From positions 434,001-498,000 of the forward strand of contig RSEE01000001.1 in the NCBI GenBank assembly GCA_003971905.1: a stretch of DNA of 64,000 bases, read 5' to 3'. Below, one piece after another: positions 1 through 12,513 of this stretch; positions within the stretch are counted from its first letter, which is position 1; the number at the start of each line of letters is the position of its first letter. The notes beneath the pieces are model-generated. The model worked only from the letters and a program-made list of their open reading frames with translations, had not been told where the DNA came from and made no database searches. This stretch comes from Moniliella sp. 'wahieum'. Taxonomy: Eukaryota. The translations under genes were made by a program, and so were the position numbers.

Positions 1-1976
1 AGACGTACCCAGTCTCAAAGTGCGGAAGACAGACCTGTTCCAAGCGGTCAAAGAGCAGATTGCCCAGCATTTTAATGTTCGCGCATCCGACTTCCGTGTA
101 TGGGTGTTGGCTACCCGGCAAAACCAGACCGTTCGCCCAGATTGCATCGTGCCGGACAAGACGGAGCTGACGATTGACAAAGTTCGGGAACGTTATTCCG
201 GCCGGTCGCAAGAGCTGCGGTTGTTTATCGAGTTTGACCTCCCGACCCTTCCGCCGCAGGCGCTGCAGCAAGACCCGGACTGGACCTTGGTCTTCCTCAA
301 GCGCTTCAGTGTCCAGGACCAAACGCTCCTCGGATTTTCAAGCACATATGTCAAGCAGAGCGATCCCGTGGGCTCATTGGTGCCTGTGATCAACGAACTG
401 ATCCAGCGGCCTCTCACTGCGCCGCTCTGGCTGTATGAGGAGACCAAGCCAACAATGATTGAGGCAATGAATGAACATACCAGCAGCTTTTCTGAGGCCG
501 AGATCCAGTCTGGAGACATCATTTGCTTCCAAGAATTCATGCCACCATCCGAGGTGGAGGAGGCTCACGCCCAAGGTCGTTACACTACCGCGCTCGAGTT
601 TTATGACTTTTTGGCCAACAAAGTTGACCTATGTTGAGATGTCGAGGGTGATCGAGAGAGTTGGTGAAGGGGAAAGCTATACCACACAGGCACTTCTCAC
701 TGCGCGGGACCGGTGGGTCCCAAAGAAACATGGATTGGCTTTGCCCTTATATGAGACCAAAGCGTGTAACAAAAGGGGTCTAGAGCCGGAGTATCTCTCT
801 AGAAACGCAATAGAAAGGGGAACGGAAACAACAAGTGGTGCTAGTAGGTTTGGTCTGAGGCATACCCCGAAACCAGTTTCAAATAAGTTTGAGGCAGTTT
901 GTATCTTGGCTCAAACAATCGCAAAGTTTGGAGCAAGTGCGCTTTATTCAACAACCTATAGTGGTCAAGCCGGCGCCCAAGCAGACGAGTACGACGCAGT
1001 TGAACCTGTCCTTGCACCGCAACCTTTCGTACGATCTCTTGGCTCACCAGATCGGGGGGAAACTGGGGTGGGACCCGGCCAAGCTTCGTCTGTCCTACTT
1101 GTTCGACCCACCTCATCGCCATCAAGAGCACTGCCACTGTGGCCCTGTACGATGCGATGAACGCTCATCTCACCGAGCCTCCGGTTGTCTTGTTTTATGA
1201 GCTGCTGGACGTGCCCTTGACCGAGCTTGAGGCCAAGCGGAATTTGCGCATCTACTGGATGGGCATCCATAACAAGGAGGAGAGCGAGCGGACGTATTTG
1301 CTCAACCGCAATGCTCCGCTCAGTACGTTGCAAGAGGAGCTGGCCGTGGCGGAGAAGTTGACGGAGCATGCATCGGATCCAGTGCTCAAGCCCGGCCCCG
1401 ATGGGACGCTGCAGCCTGCGCTCGAACCGGTGCCAGCTACTTCGTTGGCCTACGCACGTCTGCCCGCGATGCGGGTGCGACTGTTTGAGATTTCACCCAA
1501 TGGCCGCTCCCAGCTCATCTTGCCGCCCAACAAGTACATTAGTGAGCTGGCCGAGCATGCCGAGCTGTTCGCCGAGGAGGTGCCTGGAGGAGTTGGAGTT
1601 GATCTGTGCCCATCAAGCGCGTCAGCACGATGCGACGGCGGGGGGGGACCTGAGCTCCCAGCGGCTGATTGAGGTGGCTCACTTTACCAAAGACCCGCAC
1701 CGAGCCAATGGCGTGCCGTTCCGGAGGGCGACCAAGCTGCGCTTGCGCGCTCGCCTCGCCTTGTCCGAGAAGGAGTTTGCCAAGATCAAGTTTGCGCTGC
1801 TGCGGCCCTTGTCCTATGGCTCCTATCGCGAGACGGAGTATCTCGACGACGAGGCGGTGCTGTACGACCTGGTGGCCAAGGGCTTTGTCTTGGGACTCGA
1901 TCATCTCGACCGCTCTACGCGCGGACACCGTCACGCTGCCGTATCGGCCTACGACCGTGGCATCCACATCTCCTAA
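1..1976 (+). CDS. UBP15: Ubiquitin C-terminal hydrolase of the USP7/Ubp15 family, C-terminal UBL region (5'-partial), interrupted by a solo LTR
   Basis: Stitched ORFs give motifs typical of USP7 C-terminal UBL domains: RVWVLATRQNQTVRPD, LYEETKPTMIEAM, SEAEIQSGDIICFQ, FYDFLANKV, LSYDLLAHQIGGKLGWDPAKLRL, LFYELLDVPLTELEAKR, HFTKDPHRANGVPF, LGLDHLDRS. The terminal YDRGIHIS resembles the USP7 activating tail. Confidence 0.85.
632..953 (-). mobile_element. Solo LTR (322 bp), Ty1/copia-like termini
   Basis: Ends are TGTTGA (632-637) and TCAACA (948-953), a perfect inverted pair. The direct repeat ACCTA flanks it at 627-631 and 954-958. It is AT-richer than the host gene, and TATAAG on the minus strand suggests minus orientation. 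Confidence 0.9.
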
Positions 1977-2349
1977 CCTGTTTGCTTGGCGTATCTGCGA
2001 CCGATCCAGTCGTCCCGGCGCATGGCTGTTGGCCCCTTGCTCATCCGTATCTCCATCTCCATTCCCACCTCCATCTCTGTCGTCATCTTCATCGCTATCT
2101 CCATCTTTGGTCTCTGGCCCCTGGCCCCTGGGCATTCCTATCTGCAGGATCCCTGGACCGAACCCAACTCAATCCAACCTGCCGCCTTGCCCCCTCCCGT
2201 CTTCCTCTGCTGCACTAGCACACCCATCTTTGCCTGCTTTTCTTGGTTTGTGGTTTGTAGCCGGGCCCATTGCCCATGTCATTCTGCTTGGGGTAGGAAA
2301 GAGGTGAGGTATATATGAATCTGGTGATCTACGCGCATAGATGCCGGCG

Positions 2350-5300
2350 CTAATTGAGGTCCTGCATCAACACCTCTAGCATCGTAGGGTCCAACGCGTT
2401 GAGCCCCGCCTGGACGAGCTCGGGATAGGCGGCCTGGGCATGCTGAAGCGCAAAGCGCAGGTACTGTACCAAGTCCGTCTGCACCACCACCGTATCTGCC
2501 GCGGCCAAGTTGCGCAGGCGCGCCGCGCCCGGACTCGTATCTTCCAACCAATCCTCGTCCTCCTCCAGCTCGCCCACGCCCAGCTCGGTGGGGGACGTGA
2601 GCTGGGCCAGGTAGCTGGCCTGTGCCTCGCCCCGATGCTCCCGCACTTCGCCCATCACATCGCTCCAGATCGGCACAACGAGCGCCAGGTGGGAACAGAA
2701 GGCTTGGACCAGCTCCGGGCTGGGCGGAGCATCTGCCACGCCTTCCAGCCACGCGGCCAACACCATCGCACCCAGCTTGCGTTTCTTGGCCGAAGAGGTG
2801 TGCTCAAACGTTTTGCTCGTCTGGTCCAGCAGCGGTACCAGCAACTTTGCCCCCACCGCATCCGCCGTAGGGGCAATGTCCAGCAGCGGCGCCACCAACT
2901 GCAACGCAAGTACGCGCTGGGGCGAAGGAATCAACACGACAATCCGCGCCAGCGTGCTGGCAAACGTTGAGGCCACCACATGGGTTTCGCGAATGCGCAG
3001 GAACGAGGCGACCAGCACGCCGAACAATTTGGATTCCTGTAACGGACCCAACCACGTTTCCACCCCACCCCAGCCGCACTCGCCGCCTGGAGCATGAGAT
3101 CGATGGTACCGAGTGGCGCCAGCACAACCGGCGAATGGGCGTCGGACAGGATGGTAAAAACGCACGGAAAATGTCGAGCCCATGCGCTTGCAACACTTCC
3201 TGCGGCGCCAGCAGGGCCGACTGCTCAATGATCCGGCACGTGTCCGGTGCCTCATCAATCTTCTCCAGCAGCGACGGTGCCAAGGCCAGCAGATCAAACA
3301 GCGGTGCGCTCATCTGGGGCGCGCTGTGCACCGCACGGAACCAAAGCAGCAAGGCATCTTTGACTAGTTCGGCGGCCAAGTCGGGCGCCAAGCTGCTGCG
3401 AACCAGATCGCGGACAAGTAGGTGGACTGGCTCCAACTGGGCATCCATCCCGCCTCCGGCATACACCAGCTCCACGGCCCGGACCAGTTTTCCAACAAAG
3501 ATAAGCAGACCGAGCTTGACCTTGACCTCGGGGTCGGGTTGGTTCCACAGCTGAGGAACGACACTAACCAGCTGCGGGAGCAACGGTGCCACCCGTGCTC
3601 CCATCCGTTCAATCAACATGGACAGCGCATTGGTGCACACCTGCACCGAATCCATCTCGACCAGCTCCTCGGATGCGGCCAGGGCCACAAGCCGCAGCAC
3701 GGCCGGCTCGAGAAAGGGCAGAAAATCCTGGGGGTTGAACTCGAGCGCATCGGCCCAGGAGCCAAGACAGCGGGCCGAGGAGAGACGGACAGCCAAGTCG
3801 GTCACGCCGGGCACGTCGCCCAAAAGCCCAACCAAGGCCTCGTACATCCCCACCCGATCCGCTGCCCCCACATAGTCGCTAAACGTATCCAGCACCCATG
3901 TGATCCTCCGCCGGACAATCACCCACAATGCACCAGCTTCGGGCCCGATGGACAGCTCTTGAATCAACCTCGAACTAACCACCTTGGACACATCAAACAT
4001 CAGCTCGGCTTCGTCGTCCGGGTCGGGTTCCCATCCGGGCATGACGATCGGGAGGAAGTCCCGCATCCGGCCCAACGCGGCGTAGATGGCATCCCGGGTC
4101 AGAACCGAGTTCAAGTCGGTACCCAGAGAAACCGACTGCTCAAAGAGAGACAGCACCTGTCTACCAACAAAGTACTTGGGCTTGGTTTTGTCGGCAAGGA
4201 CCATCAGCAGCCGTTCGGCCGAAGGACGAATTTCAAGGGTAAACTCTTCTTGCTTTTGTGCCTCGCCAACGAGCCAAGCCTCCGGGTCGGCTTGCCACTC
4301 CTCGAGTTCCGACGGACTGAGAAGCATCAGCTTGCTTACCAGCAGCTGGACAGCGTCGGTGACAAACTCTTCATTGTTCACCTCAGACGGCAAGTCATGG
4401 TTCCATCGTCCCAGGCTCTCCTTGAGCAGCAGCAAGGCTTGTACCACAAACTTGGACGGCGTTTCGGACAACGCACTGGGATCTACGTTGGTCAATGAGG
4501 GATGAGGCGAGGTGAGTGCGACCTCGCGGGCTTGGCCCCAGTACCACATCACGATGTCGATCCAGCCAGGCAGGCGGCGGCTTTGCTCTGGGGGGGCGCA
4601 AGGAGGGCCAGGAAGATCTTGCCAAAAGCAAGCAGATGCTTGGTGAGCAAGGCCAACAGCGAATCCCCACCCGCTCCCTGGGATCGAAGGACAGCAATGT
4701 ACTGGCGCCTAGCCTGGCTGAGAGTCGAGAGAAACTGGGGAGTGGACTGCATAAATGCCTGGGCCAAGTTGACCGATGCGGCGCCATCCGATGCGCGCGC
4801 GCCAACCGCATGGGCACTCAGCATGCCACTGTCAGAAACGACAAGCCAGCGAAGCGACTTGAGAAACAGGTGCGCCGTGCGCACTTGGGCTGCACGGGTT
4901 GGTGTTTGGGACCAGGCAGCGACTTGCTGGGGCGAGCCCGAACCAAAGACGGCTACAGGGAAGGTCTCGGTAAAGTACTGGGAGAACATGGGCTGGATCG
5001 TCGGCAGCAAGGCGTTGGCGAGCTGAGAAAAACCAGGTCAGAATACAGTCGAGCATGTAACGATGGGGGAGAGGGAGGGGGAGGGAAGAAGGACACACAC
5101 CTCGGTCATCTTGACCTTGCCTGCCATGATGCGGACTGTAGAGAGTTCTTTAAACGTGCGCTGCAGTGTATCCACCGAACGCAGCAGTCGGAGGGAATGC
5201 TGCTGGCGGCGCGAGGCCAGTTCAGGGGCCTCGGGATCCGCAATGGGCTCGGGGCCGAGCAGGCTCAGTTGGCCATGGGCCTCCACAATGCACTCTTGCA

Positions 5301-5776
5301 GCCGGGTAAACAGATCGGGCCATGCGCGGGGGAAGTCGTGGCGAGCAATTTTAGCAATAGAGATGATGGCCTGGAGCGCGATGGCACGATCGGGCTCGTC
5401 GAGGGCGCGCCAGAGCATGTTGCGTAGCACGTCCTTCTCCTCCGTAGAAATCGTGATGGTCACGCGGCGGACGACGCGCATACGCCAGAAGCGCTCAATG
5501 CCGTTCTTGAAGCGGATCATCCCCGAGAGCCGCACACTCGCCTGGCGCGCTTGCATTGCCTCAGCAGAAGCCGCCACTTCGGGCACTAGTTCGACAGGTA
5601 AGACGAGTTGGCGATCAAAGCATGTCCAGCAGGACCCGCCAGAAGCCAGGGTTGGTCTCCCACTCATCTAGTTGATTACGCGCCTCATCCAGCCAAGCGG
5701 GGCTGGAAGATGTTGCTTTGATGAGGACGGTGAGAAGCGCTTGACGTGCGCCAGCATCGATGGACACGTCCCCCAT
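2350..5776 (-). CDS. Importin-beta family karyopherin, importin-11/Kap120-like
   Basis: IBN_N-type N-terminus (LDEWETNPGFWRVLLDM, IRFKNGIERFWR, AKIARHDFPRAWPDLF) and later HEAT-repeat motifs (ELEEWQADPEAW, RDAIYAALG, VRRRITWVL, DLAVRLSSAR). ATG at 5776, intron about 5023-5100, several frameshifts. Confidence 0.85.
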
Positions 5777-5986
5777 CGTACCAGAGAGGCAATGGTGGTG
5801 GTGGTGGTCCCTGATTGAGGGGCGATGTTGAAGGTGTTTGATGCATTGAAGCTTGAAGCTTAGTTTTGAGCTGGGCAAAATTTCTATTGTCCGCTTCTTT
5901 CAAGAACCCCGTTGCGCTCCGCCAATCCTATCGACGGCCTTCCTCCTTCCTTCCACTCTGGGGCTCACGCGCTACGGATCCACACC

Positions 5987-8333
5987 ATGCCGACGCACGA
6001 GACCATCTACCTTTCGTTTGGCACGTTCGCCAACCACATCACCACATCCTTCTTTAACGAGCAGGCCGCTTACCTCGGCTCCCAGGACGATGAGATCGTC
6101 GACTCGGCTGTCGCTCTCGCCGAGGGCCCCAGTTTTAGCACTGGGCTGGATTCTGCACCCCAGCTCTACCCGCGCGCAATCTTATTCGACGTTCAGGATC
6201 AGATCGGATCATTGTCACAGCGCACGGGCGTCACTGACGATGATGATCTTGTCCAGAGCCGTGGCCGAGTGGGCCCAGGCGAAAAGGATTCGCTCTTGGA
6301 CGATCACAATGCAAGTGCTGCCACCGGCGCCGAACTATTTGACACTGTCCCCGACTTCCGTACCTTTCTTCCGAGCAACGACGAGTTGGAGCATTCTCCC
6401 GTGCCGCGCCAGCCGCGCAGAGTTCCTGAACAATATGACCTCGACTTCGATCCTGATGAACGGAACGCAGGGGATGAAGATGATGGAGGGGAGGGAAACT
6501 CTACCGCTGCAGTGACACGATCACGAAAACGCCGAGCGCCAGATTTGCTCTGGTCAGATTACCAACAGTTTATCTCCACCCCAAGTCAGTGGTGGCCGTG
6601 AAAGGGGGAGCGATGCAAGGCTCGTGCTCCTCTATGGCTGGCTCTACTGCTCGCCAAATCCGCCGAGTCCGTCGTTCCTCACTATCCCAGGGCGCAGAGA
6701 GTGATGAGGACGAGGAGGAGGATGACTCGGGCGCTCTGGTTATGAATGGGTTCGAGGCAGGCTACGCCGTGGCCAAGGACATGGATGCCGAAAACGATGT
6801 GTTTAGGATCGAGTCCGTTGGTTGGCCGAAGACAGCGATTCTCTCCAGGTATGCGATCCACCTTCCTTTGAATGAGTTTAGCTGACTCTTACACCCCCCG
6901 TAGGCATTCAATATGACAACCACCACCACTGACGCGTTCAGTGGTCTATCTCATGCTTACATGGAACACATTTCCGACGAATATGCCAAAGTGCCTGTGA
7001 TGGGCTGGGGAGCTACTTGGCGCCTTCCTTGGCGGTTTGGTATGACCCCCGCAACACTCTTTGACATTGATCAACTGAGTCCACGGGCCCTGCGTCGTGG
7101 AATGACCCGCTCGATGAACTTTGCCCTTACATTGGGTATGTTGGCCGCGCACGAGAATGGGGTCTTTACCCCGTTGTTACCGCCCACTGTGAAGGAGGAC
7201 TCACTGGGATTTTACCATCCCAACAGCATGTTTGACGTTGCTTCTTTACTCGCGGCTCACGTCGAAACGGCGACCTTGCCTACCCGTTTGTTCTCCTCCA
7301 ACGTGGGGGCTGCATCTGCCGGGTCTTTGGTGGCTCGGATCAATTGGCGTCAGGATACTCACCTAGCCAACTTGGCGGGAGCGATGCCGATGCCCGCCCT
7401 ACCTGTGGATAAACGAGTTGCGGCCCTCAACGACCCAGTCGAGGCTGCCCTGGCTGAATTCCGTGCCCGGCGTGGGTTGGGAAGCAGTAAGGAGGCGCAG
7501 TATGAGGCTGAGCGCCTACCCCCGCACGTAGCGGCTCAGCGGCAGGCAGAGCGGGCCGCCCAGCATCTCCCCCTCATTGGATCGATATGAGCAATGGTTT
7601 ACTCCGTGCTCCCGATGGATCCAAGGCCAACGAACTCGCTACCACCACTGCTCTCCCTTTCTCCCAGAGTTTTGTCATCCGCGATGCCCGTACACCAGAA
7701 CGGGAACGGGCGATCTATGCATTGCGCCATCTTGCTTCGTCCGGTGAGCGAGAAGTGCTGCAAGAACCGTTCTCCTCTTACGTGGGCTTGGCCACCGACT
7801 GGCATGTATCCAAAGGCTTCCCTGCCATCTTCAGTGGTCTGGATCGTTCCGGTGCCCCAGCTCAAGCCTCCCTCAATTCAGCCGCGCCATTTGGGGTGAT
7901 GGACGTTCCTAAAAACATTGACCTGTCGGACCCGGCAGCGCTGGCGAAGCTTATGGCCCCCCAAGCAACTGCGCAAGACGAACGGGCACAGCCTCAGTCA
8001 GTTCCAATGGCCAGCGGACTCACTACAGCTCCGGCGCCGACGGCATACATGCTCCGTTGTGCCCAATCGGTTGTGAAGGCTGCCAGCAATCGTCCTGAAG
8101 CCTTGTTGGGGCAGTACGGACTGGGTACAGGCGCCGAAGAAGGCATTGTGGGCGGGCGGGATGGCCTCAAGGAAGTGCATGAACACCTCGAGCGCGCACT
8201 GGAGGCATACGAGGCAGGTCTGCCCGAAGGGTACGAGCAAGCCTTTGCTCCGGATGCCCAGGCTGAGAGTGGGCGCGACGACGACGAGGATGGGAAGAAG
8301 AGGAAGAATGGGACATCTAGGTTGCGCGGATGA
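5987..8333 (+). CDS. DML1: Misato/Dml1 tubulin-FtsZ-like protein
   Basis: MPTHETIYLSFGTFANHITTSFFNEQ, YPRAILFDVQDQIGSL, WSDY, DAFSGLSHAYMEHISDEYAK and AAHVETATLPTRL match Misato/Dml1 segments. Intron GTATGC..CTGAC..TAG at about 6849-6903. Confidence 0.85.
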
Positions 8334-8471
8334 GGGATGGGAAAAAGAAAAGGAACTATGGTACCAGCAGCGAGAGTATCCTATAGCGTGCATAGCAGTG
8401 GTTGCAGACATTCTGCACATGGTTGTCCCAACAGGCCGGGAAGACAGCAGACCAAACAACAGAACGAAGGG

Positions 8472-9937
8472 TTATGCAGACTCGGCAGTCTCTTTTGGTT
8501 TCTCCTGGGTGGGCGGTAGCGCCTTGGCCTTCTTGGCTGCACGCAGAGCCAGTCGCTCTTCGTGCTCCTTGATCGCCTTCTCCAGCAGAGGCTTGGCTCC
8601 GGCCAGTTGCTTGATCGCCTCTTCGCGCACCGCGGGGGCGCCGTCGAGAGCCTTGAGGATGAGCATCTTGTCGAGGTGGTCCGGGAGTGCCTTGGTGAGG
8701 TCGAATCCCTCTTGGTGACACTTCCCAAACCTCCAGCGGAAATGGCGGTTGAGACTACCAGCAAGACGCAAGGCCGCCCACTTGGCCCGGTGCCGGCGGT
8801 CGATGGTGAGACGACGACCCTTGCGCTCGTAGCGCACGGCAAGCTTGGCCTTGCGCACCTTCTGCTCGCTTCAAACTTGCGCTGCAACACTGTCCAGCCA
8901 CGGTCACCGGCACGAGGGATACCGTCGGCGGCTGTGACAGGGATGATTTCGTTGCCCTCCTCGTCGTATTGAGGTTCAGCCGTGTAAAGCTGTTTGGTGC
9001 GGATGCGCTCCTTGCGGAAGTTCATATTGTGAATCTGGTGCCGCATTGCCCGCATCGACTCACCGGCCATGAGATACGAGTCACCGCCAAAGTCCTTAAA
9101 GTTGATGGCATAACGGTCGGGGTGAGCCGAGCGGAAGAGACGCTCGTTGGATTCCGTCGCCAGGTCGGGACCAAAAGAAGGCAAATCAGCGCGCTGCTGC
9201 CGGCTATGCTTCGTCGCACGCTTCATGGCCGGGCCCAAGACCGACTCGAGAGAACCATCGTCGGGGTGGTTCTCGTACAGCGGTGGCTTGATCCGCGGTG
9301 GGTCCGTCGACTCCTCCAAGACCTCCGATGGTAGGCTTTCTGGACCGGTAATGGACTTGGCGTTGAGGTCTTTTCAATCTGGTAATGGGGCTTCTTGTCC
9401 ATTGCCCCGAGCGAGTATTCCATACCCTTTTCAAATTCGGTCTGAAGCGCATGGCCCTACCAGATCATGTGTGTCAGTAGGCAGAGCAACCCGAGAGAAG
9501 GACACGCACCTCAAACTTCATCTCTTGCTCGAGAGCCTTGAGGCGCAGAATGGCAGTGACACGGTCGAGGGGGAGGTTGTACATGTAGGCGAGGCCGCGG
9601 ATGGAGTAAGTGACGGGATCCTTGCGGTGCTTGTCCCACATCTCCGTGCGGGTGCGTTGACCAAGAGGCGGGGGTGGGTTGAAAGCCGGGTTGAGTGGAA
9701 GGGGGTGCGCCCGAGCCAGTGGGGCCCGCGGCCCTGGGGGAACTTGTAGCGCTCCGCATCCGCCGACTCGATCCACTCCTCAAAGACGGGGTACACACGC
9801 AGCGGCCGCAGCTGCTTCTCGCGCCGAGGGCGGGAGCTGGGGGGACGCGGCGCGGCGCCGACAGCGGTGGTGGAGAAGGCACGCGCCGCGGGCACGCCGC
9901 CGAGCGAGAGGCGGGCCAGGGCGGGCACGAGCGGCAT
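8472..9937 (-). CDS. Mitochondrial small ribosomal subunit protein mS45 (Bot1/Mrps35 family)
   Basis: Arg/Ala-rich presequence (MPLVPALARLSLGGVPAARAFSTTA) and Bot1-type core PLNPAFNPPPPL...SIRGLAYMYNLPLDRVTAILRLKALE. One intron near 9462-9509. Confidence 0.75.
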
Positions 9938-10353
9938 CGAGTGCGGTGTGGTATGGGTGCCGTGCGAACTTCCTTGCCGCGGGCAGAAGACGAAACAGCA
10001 GGAAGAGAAGAAGTCGCGCACATCACCGCTGAATCACACTCTGTCGGATCCTATTTTACTGGGCCTTAGGTCAGCCTGACCCCCGCAACGGGTGGCGTGG
10101 GGCCAGTGCTCCACAAAACGTCCTCGGCTGGCCACACGACTATGGCAAAATTGCAATGCTTCATGCCCAGCTGAGGTAAGCGCCGAGCAGCTGACAATCA
10201 ACGACGAAAGATCACCGAAGTGTTCATGACCGGTGATCATAGTGTCACGTGGCGTCGTTCGGCTTTGAAATGTTTCTTTGGGGAGCCAAATTTGTCCCCT
10301 CTTTTGCCTTGTCCGCTCCCTCCTGGGTGCGCCGCCCAGCCTGACCACCACCA

Positions 10354-12039
10354 ATGGCGCCTGCCCGCGCGTCCACGCCCGAGCCAGGGCTGGAGCCTGT
10401 GCCAGACCAGGCCCAGGCGGTGCTTCCATCTCTTCCCCGCACTCCGCACATGAACCGGCATGGCCTCGTCGTCCTTACCTCGCCCACCTCGGGTCGCGGC
10501 GTGTACGCTTCGCGTCCTTTGCCAGCCGGCACAACCGTCGAGATCAGCCCGATTCTTCTTTTTGATGGCGACGAGTATGACGAACATGGGCGGTACACCC
10601 AGCTCGACTCGTACACCTTTATCTGGTCTAAACGAGCCGGGGCAAGTCGGACATGGCCCTTGCTCTCGGAATGGGCTCTCTTTTTAATCACCACACTCAG
10701 CCCAATGTTTCCTGGCGGCGCAACATGGAGCAAAACACCATTTCCTTCACTACCGCCAGACCCATCGGCGGGGGAGGAACTGTGTATTTCTTATGGGTCG
10801 GGAGAATGTGGTGGGAACCACCTGACCACGACCGCGCTTCGCCTCCGCCTACCGAAGAAAGTGAACTGGCAGCGCTGGCGGCCCTTGGCGGCGAGCAGAG
10901 CTGCCCCTCTAGTCCCGGCGCGTCGATTGAAAACGAAGATGTGAAACCAGCGGACGGTGGGCGAGACAAGGAGGGGAGAAGTCTCACATCTGGATTGGGA
11001 CTCACAACTTGGCGATTAACCGCTGCACAGGACCCAAATACGATGCCCGTGCCACTGAGGCAGGCGTGGATTGTGACTGTGCCGGCCAATTTGAGTGGAG
11101 TAGTCACAGCATTTACTCGGTCAATTGGAAATATGTTGGGAGCATCTTCGCCACAAGATGGTGGGAATCTTCACGCCACTTGAAGATGGTGCGTCCGTCG
11201 CAAGAACGCGGGTTCCTCGATATTGTGATCGGCCTTGATCGGCCAGGGGCTGGCCGAAACGAGATCCTATCCAGCTTACAGGAGCATGCACCTTGGTTCG
11301 ATGTGGCACACAACTTGCGTTCCGTGCCAATTCCAGCCAAAGCAGCGCCCAATAAGGCGCGTCTGGCCGAATGGAGCACTGTATGGCCGACGTCGGTCCG
11401 AGCTGGGACGGACAAGTGGGTAGATCGCCAAGCAGAAAAGTTACTCTGGTCTGATCCTGAACGAAGGGCATGGGTACGCCATGGGGTTTCCCAAGCGGTT
11501 ATGGCCGCTCAACGGCCCAGGAAGAGGGGCAAGTACCGGTAGGTGCCTTTGTGTGCCCCGTGTTCGAGGAGAGGGATGATGGGGGTCTGTCGGCGAGTGC
11601 GCATGACACGCGGGTGACAGACGCGCATCCGTTGCGACATGCGGTGCTCAATGTGATCCGGTGTGGCCGAGGCGCGCAAGGCATCCGAGATCCCGGAGCA
11701 TGGCCCTCGCCGGGCTGAGAGCAACGGAGCAGACTACTTGCTGACCAATCTGGCGCTCTTTACGACGCACGAGCCCTGTACGTTTTGCACCATGGCGTTG
11801 GTGCACAGTCGCGTACGGCAGGTTTTCTTCTTGCGGCCATCTCCACACAGTGGGGGCTAAGCGGAGCAGCCGAGCCGGACGCAGAGCGGCCAAGCGGCGG
11901 AGAAGCGGGTGGCCCATACGCGATCCACGAAAAGGCGTCTGTCAACCACCACTTCGAGGTGTACCAGGTGGTTGCTGAGCGTGCAGGGGATGTGTGGGGG
12001 ACGGCGGCGACGGAGGAGCTTGTTGGCTTGGATGCATAG
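10354..12039 (+). CDS. TAD3: SET-domain lysine methyltransferase (Set7/vSET-like) apparently fused to tRNA adenosine-34 deaminase subunit Tad3/ADAT3
   Basis: SET motifs GRGVYASRPL, ALGMGSLFNH and GEELCISYG at about 10480-10810, then a stop-free linker. Tad3 motifs follow: AWIVTVP, RHLKMVR, WSTVWP, HPLRHAVLNVI, DYLLTNLALFTTHEPCTFCTMALVHSRV, VNHHFEVY. Confidence 0.8.
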
Positions 12040-12513
12040 ACGAGGAGGAATGGCAAGAGTGTCGGCATGATCTTGGGGGCGGGGGGATGCAGATGCAGCG
12101 AGAGCGGGGCGGGGGGACGCCAGGCGTTGGTTGAAGCGTGATCGTTTAGCGATCTCGGTGTCCAGCCAGACAGCCAGACCAGCCAGCCGATTGGAAACAC
12201 CAGCACTTGAAAGTTGAACATTGAAACATGATGTCACACCTACATGGCATCAATGAATCGAATCAGTGACCCTGCGCGGATCATCGATCATCGGCTTCAG
12301 CAGCACCATCAGCCACCACCGATCAAAATGAGCAATGATCATCGATCAATGTCGATGAGGTCATACCATCTCTCTTCGTAGCTTCACCTGCCACGCCCCC
12401 ATTCCACCGCGCCTCTCTCGTCTTCCCGCCCGCACTAGTCCCTCCCTCCGCCAGCACTCGCCCCTGGCCACCTCTTCCTTCTTTTTCCTCCCTCGGTCTA
12501 CCTTCCTGCCGCC

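Noticed and set aside
471..1160. 229-aa ORF running through the solo LTR
   Set aside because: It is in neither USP7 frame, shows no recognisable homology, and is probably a chance open frame.
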